64,000 bases of DNA from Leucoraja erinacea (taxonomy: Eukaryota), in NCBI RefSeq assembly GCF_028641065.1, contig NC_073408.1, positions 10,044,001-10,108,000 on the forward strand. The letters are read 5' to 3'. The notes beneath the pieces were generated by a model that did no database searches, was not told the origin of the DNA, and saw nothing but the letters and a program-made list of their open reading frames with translations. A program made the translations under genes and the position numbers. Numbering within the stretch: position 1 is the stretch's first letter; each line of letters starts with the position of its first letter. Shown here one piece after another: positions 25,058-37,474 of this stretch.

Positions 25058-25704
25058 CATCATTGCCATCTCAACTCCAGGAAACAGGCGAGTTTCAAAT
25101 CTTTTATCTCTTCCGTCACTAAAACTGAAACACTAGGTCTGGTGATGAGAGTGCAGGTGGCTCCTCTATGACAGTATCTCTCCTGTGCATGCTGCATTCT
25201 CTCCTGGCAATTAATGTTTTGAAGTGCTTTATTTTTCATGTTGTGTTGGCGCAGGTAAGTCTGCCACAGTTCTGATTTAGACCGATGCTCCAGAGTATTT
25301 GATAATGATCTGTTCATGATCAGGAGAGGTTACATTGGATGATAAATGTTCTCCGTGTCTCCTTGTCCCATCATGAATGATCAACCACGGCCCCAACTTG
25401 CAGCTCATTGGAGCACTCCTTAATGCTGCCTGCCTGGATATTCTATCAGTTAGCATATGCAGCGTTGAGGGAGATTGTGCTTTGATGTTCACCATTCCCA
25501 CTGGACCCTTGTAATGACGCACTGTCGCTGTGAATTACCACACTAAAGGCCCAACTCCCAATGCTAGCAGTGACTCACACCTGGTATGATATAGCAACTG
25601 CTTTGACAGGAGTTCTGGCGGAAGCTGGCATGACCCAAACAGTGGCAATGAAGTACTGGGTATGGATTTCCAACCAGTCTTGCATTTCTAATCATGGTTT
25701 ATAG

Positions 25705-25980
25705 TTTTAGCTTAGTTTATAGATTCAGTGTGGAAGCAGGCCCGTCTACCCACCGAGCCTATGCCGATCAATGATCACGCATACACGAGTTCTATCCTAC
25801 ACACTAGAGATAGTTTACAGAAGCCAATTAATCTGCAAATCTGCACGCCTTTGATAACCGGAGCACTGGGAGAAACCCCACGTGGTCACAGGGAGAACAT
25901 GCAAACTATGTACAGACGGCACCCATAGTCAGGATCGAAACCAGGCCCTACGCTGTAAGGCAGCAATTCTACCACTGTCC
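25705..25980 (-). mobile_element. V-SINE
   Basis: GGAGAAACCCCACGTGGTCACAGGGAGAACATGCAAACT..GTCAGGATCGAAACCAGG. Confidence 0.8.
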
Positions 25981-26069
25981 CGCGTTCCTTCATTCAGTGG
26001 CTTTTATGGTAGCTTTGATTTAGTGTCCAATTTTGACACACTGGCCACCAGAAGGTGAAACCTAACTGT

Positions 26070-26455
26070 ATCTTTGAGAGCAAACAACAGAAAGATAGGC
26101 CAGGCAACATGTGTGGAGGGATATGGATGGATGACATTTCAGGTTGACCCTTCTTCAGTTCTTCATTTTTTCCCTCCACCGATGCTGTCTGGCCTGCTGA
26201 ATTCCTCCAGTGCTATGTTTTTTTGCACAAAACTCCAGCATCTGCAGCCTCTTGTGTCTCCAGTAACTCACAGAGTGGGTGCAGATAAGGTTTGGGGCAC
26301 TGTTCCAAGGGGTTACATGATGCTGATGCGCTGTTATTTGATGTAAACTGTTCTTCCACCAGTTTTGGTGAAGAAGAATCCCAACCCCAAATGTCACCTA
26401 TCCATGTTCTCCAGAGATGCTGCCAGACCCGTTGAGTTACTCCAGCACTTTATTT
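26070..26455. mobile_element. Penelope pLTR pieces (old foldback plus a plus-strand copy at 26368-26455)
   Basis: GGATGACATTTCAGGTTGACCCTTCTTCAG; GAAGAAGAATCCCAACCCCAAATGTCACC..GAGTTACTCCAGCAC. Confidence 0.7.
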
Positions 26456-26942
26456 CTTCCAACAGTTTGCCTCTGTGATTTTAGACTCGGGCTGCAGAAA
26501 CAAACAAAGGCTTTGAGTTTTGCAATATAGACCTCTCTAAGCTGCATGAAATAAGACCCCAGAGGACCTATCATTCATGACACTATGCTGTATTCACTAT
26601 GACAGTACAACTCCAGCAAGCAAGGTATCTTCACCATGAGGGTGGAAGATGGTGTGGAGGGGAAGAGAGGGAGGAGGTGGATGAAGATCAGTGGATAAAT
26701 GAGCATGTTGAAAGTAATGGAGTGGGATTGCCATTGTAGAGTAAATGAAATTGAGTCTATCAAAATGCCCTGAAGATTCTGAAAGGCTAAAACTCTCACA
26801 GCTGTTGGTCACAATAAAGTGTACAATCTCACCAAATTCCAATTGTATCTTTGTCAAGTAGAAGCTGAAGATCAAGGACCATCATTCTGAACTTCATAAG
26901 ATATAAACTACAAGTTTATTTTTAAATGTGATGCTTCTGAAG

Positions 26943-27341
26943 ATTGAGGGGGGGTCTTATAGAAACTTACAAAATTCTTAAGGGGTTGGACAGGCTAGAT
27001 GCAGGAAGATTGTTCTCAATGTTGGGGAAGTCCAGGACAAGGGGGTCACAGTTTAAGGATAAAGGGGAAACCCTTTAGGACCAAGATGAGAAAAACATTT
27101 TTCACACAGAGTGGTGAATCTCTGGAAATCTCTGCCACAGAAGGTAGTTGAGGCCAGTTCATTGGCTATATTTAAGTGGGAGTTAGATGTGGCCCTTGTG
27201 GCTAAAGGGATCAGGGGGTATGGAGAGAAGGCAGGTTCAGGATACCGAGTTGGATGATCAGCCATGTTCATATTAAATGGCGGTGCAGGCTCGAAGGGCC
27301 GAATGGCCTACTCCTGCACCTATTTTCTAGGTTTCTATGTT
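26943..27341 (+). mobile_element. CR1 LINE 3' about 0.4 kb, young
   Basis: Encodes RLRGGLIETYKILKGLDRLDAGRLFSMLGKSRT; CTACTCCTGCACCTATTTTCTA..TTTCTATGTT tail. Confidence 0.92.
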
Positions 27342-28244
27342 TCCAATGGTAGAATAACAATCTGACTAGTTTAATACACACTTTGTTCTTGTAGAATTTT
27401 AGTCCAGTGTTGCTTGCAGCTGAGTAAAGGGGACAAAGATGAGGAGAATTATAAGGACAATAAAAACGTCTTGCTCTTAATAAGAGTGAGTTGCTTTTCT
27501 CCTGATTACATTGGATGTACACGTACAGCATGATAGCAGACTATTTGGCACGTCTGACTGCATGCTACTTGTCCTCCCGTGTTGCTACCTCCAATCTGAT
27601 TATTCTAACGTTCTGATTCCTTGTGGGATAACTTCTTTCATTTCAGTCATTAAATTATGCATTACGAAACTTGCTATTCAGCAGGAGTTTATAAAATAAG
27701 TATTGTGCGTTAATAGTATCAATGCAAGATTGCTGATAAAACGTGCGTTTGGAGTTCTGCTTGGTATAATGGGCTGTCGAGGAGTTGATATTTCCACCCT
27801 GGTAATGTATAACCTGTTAGTGCAGTGCTGTGTGAAGGATGTCAGGGATTTGTTCTGAAGGTTACCAAGATGTGACTTTACATCTGTAAATCCATTCACG
27901 CTTCACAGCTCAGGCGGAAGAGAGAACCACGTGACTGTGAGTTCAGTCTGCTCTCTCGTGTACTGTATGTGTCTCTGCGTGTGTGCTTTTTATGTGCCAC
28001 TGATGAATTAACCCTCGGCCTCCCAGTACTTTTCTTGAAGTGAATTTCCTTAGGCTTGTGGTGGAGCAAGCGCGACAGAGATTCACGACCCAGCTAGCTC
28101 AATCAAGAATGAGGCGGTTAACAGAACTGCCGCGCTTTTATTCAAGGGATGCGTGCAAATGTCGGCTATTGCCAGGGGGAGCGACCTGCCTTTAAACTGT
28201 AGCTTGTAAGGGCTGTTTCTGGCGATCGTTGAGAGCTGACAACA

Positions 28245-28525
28245 TTAGTGGTGCTGTTGTAGAGTTGCTGCCTTACTGCGCCAGAGATCTGGGTTCAACC
28301 CTGACTACTTGTGCTGTCTGCATGGAGTTTGTACGCTCTCCCTGTGACTGCGTGGGTTTTCTCCGGGTGCTCTGGTTTCCTCCCACATTCCAAACACGTG
28401 CAGGTTTGTTGGTTAATTGGCTTCTGTAAAAATTGGCCCTTGTATATAGGATAGAACGAATGTATTAGTGATCGCTGGCCATCACGGACTCGCTGGGCTG
28501 TAAACCCTGTTTCTCTAAATTAAAT
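28245..28525 (+). mobile_element. V-SINE
   Basis: GTAGAGTTGCTGCCTTACTGCGCCAGAGATCTGGGTTCAACCC plus V-domain. Confidence 0.85.
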
Positions 28526-28679
28526 TTGGGTCTGGCGGTAAACACATGCCAGATAAAATAACTGGGCTTATTTCCTTTCCTGTAGCCTATCAGTTATAGT
28601 AATAATTTGATTGTTTTGCAAATATTTATATTTATTTCAGACTTTTACTTTCCCAAGTTGCATGGTGTGACTTGGTGTT

Positions 28680-28980
28680 AGAGCCGGGAAGCAGGCCCTT
28701 AGGCCCACTGAGTCTGCCACAACCAGTGATCACCCCATACACTAGCATTATCCCACACACCAGGGATAATGTACAATTTATAGAGGCCAATTAACCTACA
28801 AACCTGTACGTCTTAGGAGCGTGGGAAGAAAACGAGTACCTGGAGAAAACCCATGCAGTCACAGGGAGAATGTAAAACTCCGTACAGACAGCACACATAG
28901 TCAGGATCAAACCCGGGTCTCTGGCACTGTAAGGCAGCAACTATACCACTGTGCCCACTATGCCACCTCTGCCACCCTGT
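28680..28980 (-). mobile_element. V-SINE
   Basis: V-domain and head in antisense; forms an inverted pair with 28245-28525. Confidence 0.85.
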
Positions 28981-29007
28981 GTTCGTTTAATCTTTTTTTA
29001 GGGGTAA

Positions 29008-29258
29008 CATGAGGGGGAACTTCTTTACTCAGAGAGTGGTAGCTGTGTGGAATAAGCTTCCGGTGGAAGTGATGGAGGCAGGTTCGATGTTATCATTTAA
29101 AAATAAATTGGATAGGTATATGGACGGGAAATGAATGGAGGGTTATGGTCTGAGTGCAGGTAGATGGGACTAGGGGAGAACAAGTGTTCAGAACGGACAA
29201 GAAGGGCCGAGATGGCCTGTTTCCGTGCTGTAATTGTTATATGGTTATTATATGGTTA
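29008..29258 (+). mobile_element. CR1 LINE 3' end (third subfamily, (TATATGGT)n tail)
   Basis: Encodes MRGNFFTQRVVAVWNKLPVEVMEAGSMLSFKNKLDRYMDG. Confidence 0.9.
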
Positions 29259-31294
29259 ATCTGTGGCTCGACCGCTCTACTGCACTACTGTGCGGTCCAT
29301 TACTGGGAAAGGATGGAGCTGGATTTCCTTGGCTTCCTTGCTGGCAGCCTCCTAGTTTTGATATTTACATCCTTGCCTAAGATGCTGCTTATAATTTATT
29401 TCATTCAAAGGTTTTGGTTTCACCCTCTCATCTCTTTCATTGGGTTATACTGGGTCATGTTTTGTCTGATTGTACTCATGTGAAGACCCACTGGAGGCAC
29501 TATATCAATTCACTCTGCTGTTGCTCTACAAGAGACTATCGAATCGTATGGTGAGACTTGTTTTCAAGTACGGGGGAAGTTTTTCTTCAGTCCATTGGTC
29601 TGAGTAGGTGTAATTCATCCTTTGCTTCCTCATAATGATGCCCCTGGCAAGGATGTCATCACTTCTGCCAAGAACATACATAGGTCAGTCGAGTGATTCA
29701 TAATGTCAGATCAGACTGTGGTTCTGCCTCAACGCACTGTCCAATGTGAATTCATTGTGGCAGTAGTCACAGCAAGGACAAAGCAATGGTTAGAAATAAA
29801 CAAGGCAACTGGGAGTGCTGCAAATCTAATTCAGAACAGATGCAACTGTAAACACATTCAACATGGGGATCAGAATTAAAAAGGAGAAAGTTCGACCAAC
29901 ATAATATCTCCAGAAACATTAACCTTGTTTAAATACTTCTGGATCTCCTGTGAGTTTACACCATTCACTCTATTTTACATTTAAACCAGGTGTTTTGCAA
30001 TGACAGCTTATAACATTGACCAAACACATGAGAAAATAATAGGTTTAAGTATCAAACTCAATCTAGTCTACATTGTGAATGTAGACTAGATTCATAATGT
30101 AGACTGCCATTTAATGATGGAATTCTAGCAACAATCCCTGACTCAGGAAGGCACCAATTTAATCTTTCAAAAATCATTCTCACAGGCAATATGGAGTTGT
30201 GAGATTAGTCACTTATAACATTTTATATTTTCAGTCCTTTTTATTTTTAGATTCTTTTTCTCGGTATGGCTTTCCCTATCTTTATTTCAGTTTCTGTATC
30301 CAACTTGATTCCAATTCACTCTGTACCCTCCAATGTCATTTGCCATTTCCTTAAATCTTCTTGCTTAAGGACGATGGACTGTCGATTGACTTTTGAACAA
30401 AGTCCCAGACGTCCCATTATCATTCCCAGCTACACTAACTCAAGAGGGGAAAAAAAAGATTCAATTGAAAGAGAGGAAAGAATTCTAACTTGGCACACAG
30501 CATGATATCCAATTCAAGGAAATGCAGGATGATTGTGTCTGAGTTTGATGGATTCAGATAGTTAGATTGTTAACATTTTCAAAACAGAGATTGTAAAGGG
30601 TTTCTCAATGGTAACAAACAAACTTGATGGCAGATTTCTTAGAAAAATAAATGTAATGGGGCACAATTTAGTTAGTGTTGTGATTATTGTGTAAACTCTT
30701 AGCAGGTACACTGGCAGTCCTCAATGATTTTATAACTGCAGGGATCTGCATTTGGATATCCACGTTACTGCTGAAGATCATGTTGAACCTTATCAATACT
30801 GCAGCTCATTTGGGGATATTTTCTTTTTAAGATTCCACTTTGAACCATAAGGAGTATTTAACCCATCAAATGCATATCAACTCCTAGCAGTGCCTTCCTT
30901 CCACCCCAAAACATTCCCGTTCCTCCAATCCACCTTCTTGCAGCCCTTGTACTTTTTTAATCTGTACTTTCTTCGTAGCTGAAACACCATATTCTGCACT
31001 GTTTATTTTCCCTTTTGAAATACTTGTGATTTTATTTTCCTGGATAGCACACAAAACAGATTTTATCACTTCATTTTGATACATATGGCAATATTAAATC
31101 AGTACCAATATCACTGTAGTTATTTCCCTATAGCTGCAACTTATTCTCTCTCACATGCTATAGTGGTGTTCTGAATGGACAATTGTTTATGACAAGGTGA
31201 TATTTACTCCTTGGAGCTTGAAGCTCTCGACCATCTCCACTTCAGCACCATTACATTTTGGATTTGCAGTGATGTTGGTAGCCCGTCGTGAGAG

Positions 31295-31620
31295 GTAATC
31301 TCATATAACATTCTAACAGGACAGGACAGTTTAGATTCAGGAAAAATGTTCCGTGGGCGGGAAGGGCAGGGCAGGGCGGGTTTGTGCAGACACACACTGA
31401 GGATAACAGGGTGAGTTATTCAAGAGTGAGGTGAGATAAATGTCTTCTTTCAGAGAGTGGTGAACCTGTGGAATTGTCCACATTAGGAAATGGTTGAAGC
31501 CACATCATTAAATATATTTAATCACTTAAGTATTGTTCTTAGAGCTGGAAGGATAACGAGATATGGGGAAAGCAGGAACAGGGTACTGACCAGGGTACTA
31601 AATTTCAATGGTCAGTCGGG
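31295..31620 (+). mobile_element. Old CR1 LINE 3' region
   Basis: TTCAGAGAGTGGTGAACCTGTGGAATTG encodes QRVVNLWN. Confidence 0.7.
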
Positions 31621-31634
31621 AACATATTTTTTAT

Positions 31635-31955
31635 AGTTTAGAGTTTAGTTTACAGATACAGCATGGAAACGGGCCCTTCGGCCCACCGAGTCCATGCCGA
31701 CCATCGATCACCCATCCACGTTAGTTATATGTTTCCACACTTTCACATCCACTCTTTACCCACTAAGGGCAATTCACAAAGGCCAATTAACCTACAAGTC
31801 TTTGGGATGTGGGAGGATACCAGAGCACCCGGAGGAATAGCACAAAGTCACAGGGAGGGTGTGCAAACTCCACACAGACAACACCCAAGGTCAGGATTAA
31901 ATCCAGGCCTTTGGCACTGTGAAGCAGCAGCTCTACCATTGCTACAATTGTGCTG
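31635..31955 (-). mobile_element. V-SINE
   Basis: Tail, V-domain and head in antisense; explains spurious ORF 31663-32148. Confidence 0.85.
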
Positions 31956-33627
31956 CTTGGTATTGAATGGGCTGGCAGTGATGAATAGCCATCTTCTGCT
32001 CCGATTTACTGTGTTTCTATGTTCTAAATGGTATAAGGAGCCAAGCATAAACCGATCCAAATCTAACTTAAATTTGGTATTGAAGTATACAACTGAGCCT
32101 TCCCAGCCTGTCTCAACCCACACCTCCTACTTGATGTGCTTGGGTTAATTTACCAGATCTACAATAGAAATATTTCTCCTACTTATATCATCCATCTCCT
32201 AGTCCTTGGAGCCTGCCTGAATATTTCCTCGTCATTTCTCTCCCATTGCTGCATTCTGCAATCCAGTCGGTTCTTTTAACTTGCCAACAATAAGTGTTTT
32301 CAAAATGTAAGAGGTTGTTTCTGAAAGCTGTCTCTGAATTGAACAAGGGTTCCATTCCCATTTGATAAGCACATTTAAAGAAGAATCACCTGTACAGGAA
32401 ATATCATTTCACCACTTAACTCATAAAAGGCCTTTGCAGTTAAGCCCATTACAAAGAATTCCAATGTACCGCTGACTTGCTGCTAAATCGTGCAGTGCTC
32501 CATCTTACTGTCACAATAAAACAAGAATAAAACATACACTTAATCATTGCCTTAACCAAATAATACCATCCAAAGTATTTTGCAGAGAATCTGCGGAGAA
32601 ATCTTGGCGCGGAGCCAAGAGTGGTGTCACTGAGAGTTGCAGTGAAGAAGTCGGCTTTGTTAAGCGTTTCAAAGGAGTAAGAGAGGTCAAGAGGTGAAGA
32701 GATCTGGGAAAAGACAGAGCAAAATAACAGAGCTTTTATACAGCATGTCTAACTTAATGAAATATCCCAAAGAGGGCAATCCAACAGAAAATTGGCAACA
32801 TTCAACTTTGGGGGTGAGAGGTAGACAGAGAGATGACTAATGACCAGCTGAGACGCGCAGGTTTTAAGGGACATCTTTTCAGAGGTGGACAGTTTCCGAG
32901 AGTGAATTCTGGAGATTTGGGGTCACGGCAGCTCAAAATGCTGGGACAGGTAAAATCAGGAGATCCCAGAATTACAAGATAAAGAGACCAAGCAAGGTGA
33001 TAAGGCAGGATGAGATGGCACAGATTAAAGGTGGGGATTGAAGGGAAGGGAGTGACCCTTGATGCATGGACGATAGGATGAGGAGTTGACATTCAAAATA
33101 TTGCTCAAATGAATGCACAAAGGAAGAATAAATGGATCTCTAGTCAGAGCCAGAGGTGTTGAAAAAAGGGCAGGTTTTGAGAAATTACCAAATAGAACAT
33201 TTTAGTTTTTAACGTTATGACTTTGTTGATCCATTTGCAGAATAGCTACAGATTAAATATAAATTAAAACCCTCTTGATAACTCCATTTACCCTGGTTAT
33301 TTGAGCCTGAAATCTCCTCATTCATTCCCTGCCCTGCATTACAAAGTTCGAGTGTTTGTATAGAATTTTGTCTGTAGCCTTGTTCACATTTGGGTGCAGC
33401 TTGTTGAGTTTAGCTTGCATTGGGTGATAGGGTGAACTTTGATTTAATCACCAGTAATCTGTTTGGTTGTATTAGTGCCCATAGACATTCTGATCAGAAA
33501 GTAATGAGTTTTTGAAGAATACCTCGATGATTCAGCTACGTTTTGTAAACAGGAATCGATTAATATTGATTCCACTTCTATTTCCGTGAAACAAATACCC
33601 TAACATATAGAACACAGAACAGTAAAA

Positions 33628-33875
33628 TGTTCAAGAAGGAAGTGCAGATGCTGGAAAATCGAAGGCAGACAAAATTGCTGGAGAAACTCAACGGGTGCGG
33701 CAGCATCTATGGAGCGAAGGAAATAGGCAACGTTTCGGGCCGAAACCCTTCTTCAGACTGATGCAGGGTGGGGGGGGGGGGGCGGGAAGAAGAAAGGAAG
33801 AGGAGCCAGAGGGCTGAGGGAGATCTGAGAAGGGGAGGAGACAGCAAGGGCTACTGGAGATTGGAGAAGTCAATT
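33628..33875 (-). mobile_element. Penelope pLTR, longer copy with intact hammerhead core (33729-33756)
   Basis: Minus strand reads CTGAAGA-A-GGGTTTCGGCCC-GAAA-CGTT and extends upstream to ATTGACTTCTCCAATCTCCAGTAG (IDFSNLQ*), resembling the Penelope ORF end. Confidence 0.85.
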
Positions 33876-33877
33876 TC

Positions 33878-34185
33878 AGCCCACAATGTCCATGCCAAAT
33901 ATGAGACCAGATTCAACAAATGTTCCTGGCCTGCACGTCGTCCATTGCTTCCATTCCCTGCATATCCTCGTGTCTACCTAAAAGCATCTTAAATGCCACC
34001 ATCGTACCCGCCTCCACCACCACCCCTGGCAGCACATTCCAGATACTCTGCACACTCTGTACAAAAATAACTTGTCTTGCACATCTCCTTTAAACCTTGC
34101 CCCTCTCTTCTCAAAGCTGTGCCCTCTAGTCTTTGACATTTCACCCTTGAGAAAAGGTCTGCCTGTCTATTCTATCCATTCCTCA
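33878..34185 (-). mobile_element. CR1 LINE 3' region (host of the Penelope insertion; tail at about 33600-33627)
   Basis: GCCTCCACCACCACCCCTGGCAGCACATTCCAG..ACTCTGTACAAAA. Confidence 0.75.
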
Positions 34186-34388
34186 TCCGATGCCACTTGG
34201 TGGCTGGTGCAATTCCCCTCTGTCTGTGTAGTTTGGTGAGATGGGATTGAACTTGGCTTATGGAGAGTGCTTCAAAGGACCAGCACCTGGATCAGGATCA
34301 AACCCAGGTCTGTGGCACTGTAAGGCAGCAGCTCTAGCCACTCTAATGCCACTTAAGGATGCAAACAGATGCAAAGGGTTTTGTGTTG

Positions 34389-34715
34389 TTTAGTTTAGTT
34401 TAGGTTAGAGATACAGTGCAGAAAACAGGCCCTTCGGCCCACCGGGTCCCCACCGACCAGCGATCCCCACACATAAACACTATCCTACACCCACTAGGGA
34501 CAATTTTTAATTTACCAAGCCAATTCACCTACAAACCTGTATGTTTTTTGAGTGTGGGAGGAAACCGAAGATCTCGGAGAAAATCCACGCAAGTCACGGG
34601 GAGAGCGTACAAACTCTGTACAGACATGCACCCGCAGTCAGAATCGAACCCGGGTCTCCGGCGCTGCATTTCCTGCAAGGCAGCAACTCTACCGCTGCGC
34701 CACCGTGACCGCCCC
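34389..34715 (-). mobile_element. V-SINE (HE1-like), full length
   Basis: Sense head GGGGCGGTCACGGTGGCGCAGCGGTAGAGTTGCTGCC; B-box GGGTTCGATTC. Confidence 0.9.
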
Positions 34716-35199
34716 TGAAGGTTTGTTTGACCTTATTTGATCATGTCGACATTTCATGTCAGCAACAGCCACATCCATCGCACTTGCGACGCCCACTCCA
34801 GCACTTGCTCTGCCTCTGTGTCACAACGTTAAACAAGCCCTGTAAACAAGGGGGCGAGCACTGCTGCACTTCAGGGGGGTGTGTGGGACCTGACTGTATA
34901 TTCAATTCATAGAACATAATGGAGCATGTCAGAGGACCAGTGCTGCTGCCAGGTTAGTCAACCACTTTCAGAGACTTGGGAGAAATTGTGGTTAATAGAA
35001 AACAGGATGGTTCAACCTTTTAGATTGCAAGCCAGCTCCAATAGTGAACGTGTTTCACAGGGTAAACAGAGATACAAGCTGCTGTGTACAAAGGCATACA
35101 TACAATAGTGACGTCACACTGCAGGAGAGGAATCCTGCAGATTATACCTTTTGAGTGTTCATTCTTTCTTCATCTCTATCAGTGGTTCACATTGTATCT

Positions 35200-35620
35200 G
35201 TACCTACCCGCGCCCCATTCATGTTGTGCTCACACACCCTCGCCCACTAATTCCCTCAACCTGACATCACACTCTCTCTGCTCCTTGCCTCCATTTGTCA
35301 TTGCATCCTACCACTCTTGCCCTCATCCCATCTCCTCAACCTTCCCCCTGCTGTCTCATCCCATCCCCTCTCACCCTCATCTTGTCCACCTGGCCCAAGC
35401 CTGTTCCCTTCAACAGGAACCTCACTTGGTTCCCCTCACACTCTGCACCAATGTTCACTCAATACCCCTCACTTCACATCTCTATCCCGCTCGCTCTTTC
35501 CCCATCACTTAGCCCTTCACCCTTCAGCCCTCTTGTTCTCGTCCCATCTCCTTTTGCTTCCCTTCATCTCATCCATCTTCCTGTCTCCTTTGTCTTCCTT
35601 TCCATTAGTGGGCTATTTCT
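35200..35620. repeat. Pyrimidine-rich low-complexity tract
   Basis: C/T-dominated sequence; generates Pro/Ser/Leu/His ORFs in all three plus frames. Confidence 0.75.
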
Positions 35621-35990
35621 TGTTGCTCTGGGCTGGCTGACTGGCCAACCACCTCCTTGAAGACCGTTGTCCAAACTCATGGCCACGATAGCGTCTGTAG
35701 GCCTGGAAAGTCTTCTTTGCTTCTCCTTACAGCACTACACTCCCAGTCACATCTCCTGTCACCAGGGTTCAGCCAGTGCACACGTACTTCAATCACCACA
35801 CCTGCCCCTGTGGAGAAATCTTCAGATGTTTCCTGCGGTCCCCACCCTCAGTTACACTCTTTCTCAACAACCCACTTATTTGTAAATTAAGATAATGAAG
35901 TGCTAGAAAAAGAATTGTTTTTATCACAAGAGTAGCATTCATTACCCATATTGAGCCAGTTTATTGAGCTTCTGCAATAATTCTGGAATG

Positions 35991-36018
35991 GTGGGTTCGG
36001 ATCCCACTTCTGACACCA
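35991..36018 (+). other. tRNA-Leu 3' fragment including CCA (extended primer-binding site, read on the minus strand)
   Basis: GTGGGTTCGGATCCCACTTCTGACACCA equals the vertebrate tRNA-Leu 3' 28 nt (GTGGGTTCGAATCCCACTTCTGACACCA, from memory) except for A58>G. Confidence 0.85.
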
Positions 36019-36227
36019 TGTAAAGAAGTCTCACCAACACATCGTGTCTTTACTAATAGTTTATTGATAGTTCACAAGCATTGCTGTTCTAGCTGTACGT
36101 GGTCTGTCACCGGAGCTAGAGAGAGAGAGAACTATGGGTGGGGAGGTTGCAATTATACATCTAATAAGGGGAGTGGTTAGCAGTGGTGAGGTCACTATGT
36201 TAAAGGCACATGCACTAGTCATCTACA
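36019..36227 (-). mobile_element. Single LTR of a Gypsy-like retrotransposon
   Basis: Minus strand TGTAGA...TTTACA termini, TATA-like TGTATAAT and AATAAA (36060-36065), immediately followed by the PBS TGGTGTCAGAAGTGGGAT. No internal domain follows. Confidence 0.85.
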
Positions 36228-37474
36228 GGTAATAAGGACAGAACATTCGTCTTCATGGATGGTTGATGGTGGGCACGGTCTTGATGGGCAAAAGGATTTG
36301 TTCCCGTGGTGTGTGTCTCCATGATGCAAAATCTTATCATTTTCATATTTCCCCTATTTCAATGTCGCAGTTCCGACATTGAAAATTAGGAATTTACTTT
36401 CGTCGAATTTTGGTTTTGTTTCAAGTGAATTTGCCAGTCTGCAGTAATGTTGGACAAATAGCCACACGGGCACAAGGGAAAGGTTAGTCTCCAAGTGGTC
36501 ACGATGTCAACCTGGAGAGTGCAAGAGGATCTGATCTGGTGATCAGAGGTGGTGAGAGGTGAAAAACATAGAGATTAACCTGAGATTATAGAACCCTTTG
36601 TGAATGTTGGCACTCTCTTTATGATATGCATAATTTAGTACAATTCAACACCTACAAAGATTAAACGTCTCGGTAACATATTGCCGAGCTAGTCATTGTA
36701 CCACCCACTGTTTTCATTACAAGGTAGACAATGGTTGCCTCCCTGAATTATAACACAGCAATCCAATCATAGGTTTTAAATTGCAACACAAAGTACAAGA
36801 GCCAAGCTTGAGCAGCTTACAGACATTATTGCAGCCCTTGAGATTCATTTAGATTCTTAAATCCATTTTGAGCTCTCTGTATTCATTTCATAATAGATAC
36901 GGTATCAAAGATAGTATACTTTCATTTTCAAATGTATTTTTTACAAGAGTCTGGTGCAGCCTTGAAATCAGTTTGCTTGATAAAAAGTGTCAATGCGTGG
37001 GGATTTTTAACTGTTTATCAAGAGACGGAGTACAGTGTAACTTATTTTTTAAATTATATTGGAAGAAAATTATCTGAACATAGATTGAAATCGCCAGATC
37101 TATTTCAAGCATTGGATAGAATAGATGATGGGAGGAGTGGGCAGGGAGGGGGGTGTGGTGGTGATGGGTGAATCTTGAAAGGGAACAGGTTATGCATGAA
37201 AACTTTATGGTCCATCCTGTAGGGTTGGGTCTTGTGAACTACTTCAACTTAAGACAATGGCTAGAACTTTAACCCAACCAAATCCTGAAGAGAAAGTTAA
37301 TAAGATGAGGGCCAATGCTTTGATAGGGGTTAAACAGTGAGTATAATGGCTTGGAACGCAAAATGCTGGAGTAACGCAGCGGGTCAGGCAACATCTCCGC
37401 AGGACATAGAAAGCATACTGTCGGATTGGACCACAGCTTAGTTTGGGAACAGCTTTGCCCAAGACCTCATTAAA

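Noticed and set aside
31663-32148. 161-aa ORF and similar METGPSAH../GRKPEHP.. ORFs
   Set aside because: These are antisense translations of V-SINEs, recurring at every copy.
32590-33130. Possible L2 LINE relics (also about 10030-10150)
   Set aside because: Only faint resemblance to L2 3' regions; too degenerate to call by eye.
35084-35660. Three overlapping ORFs over 100 aa
   Set aside because: Stop-poor pyrimidine-rich low-complexity DNA.
35991-36018. tRNA gene
   Set aside because: Only the 3' 28 nt are present and they include the post-transcriptional CCA; there is no D or anticodon arm.
36357-36384. 11-bp stem TTTCAATGTCG/CGACATTGAAA
   Set aside because: An isolated short hairpin with no recognisable RNA family motif; could be chance.
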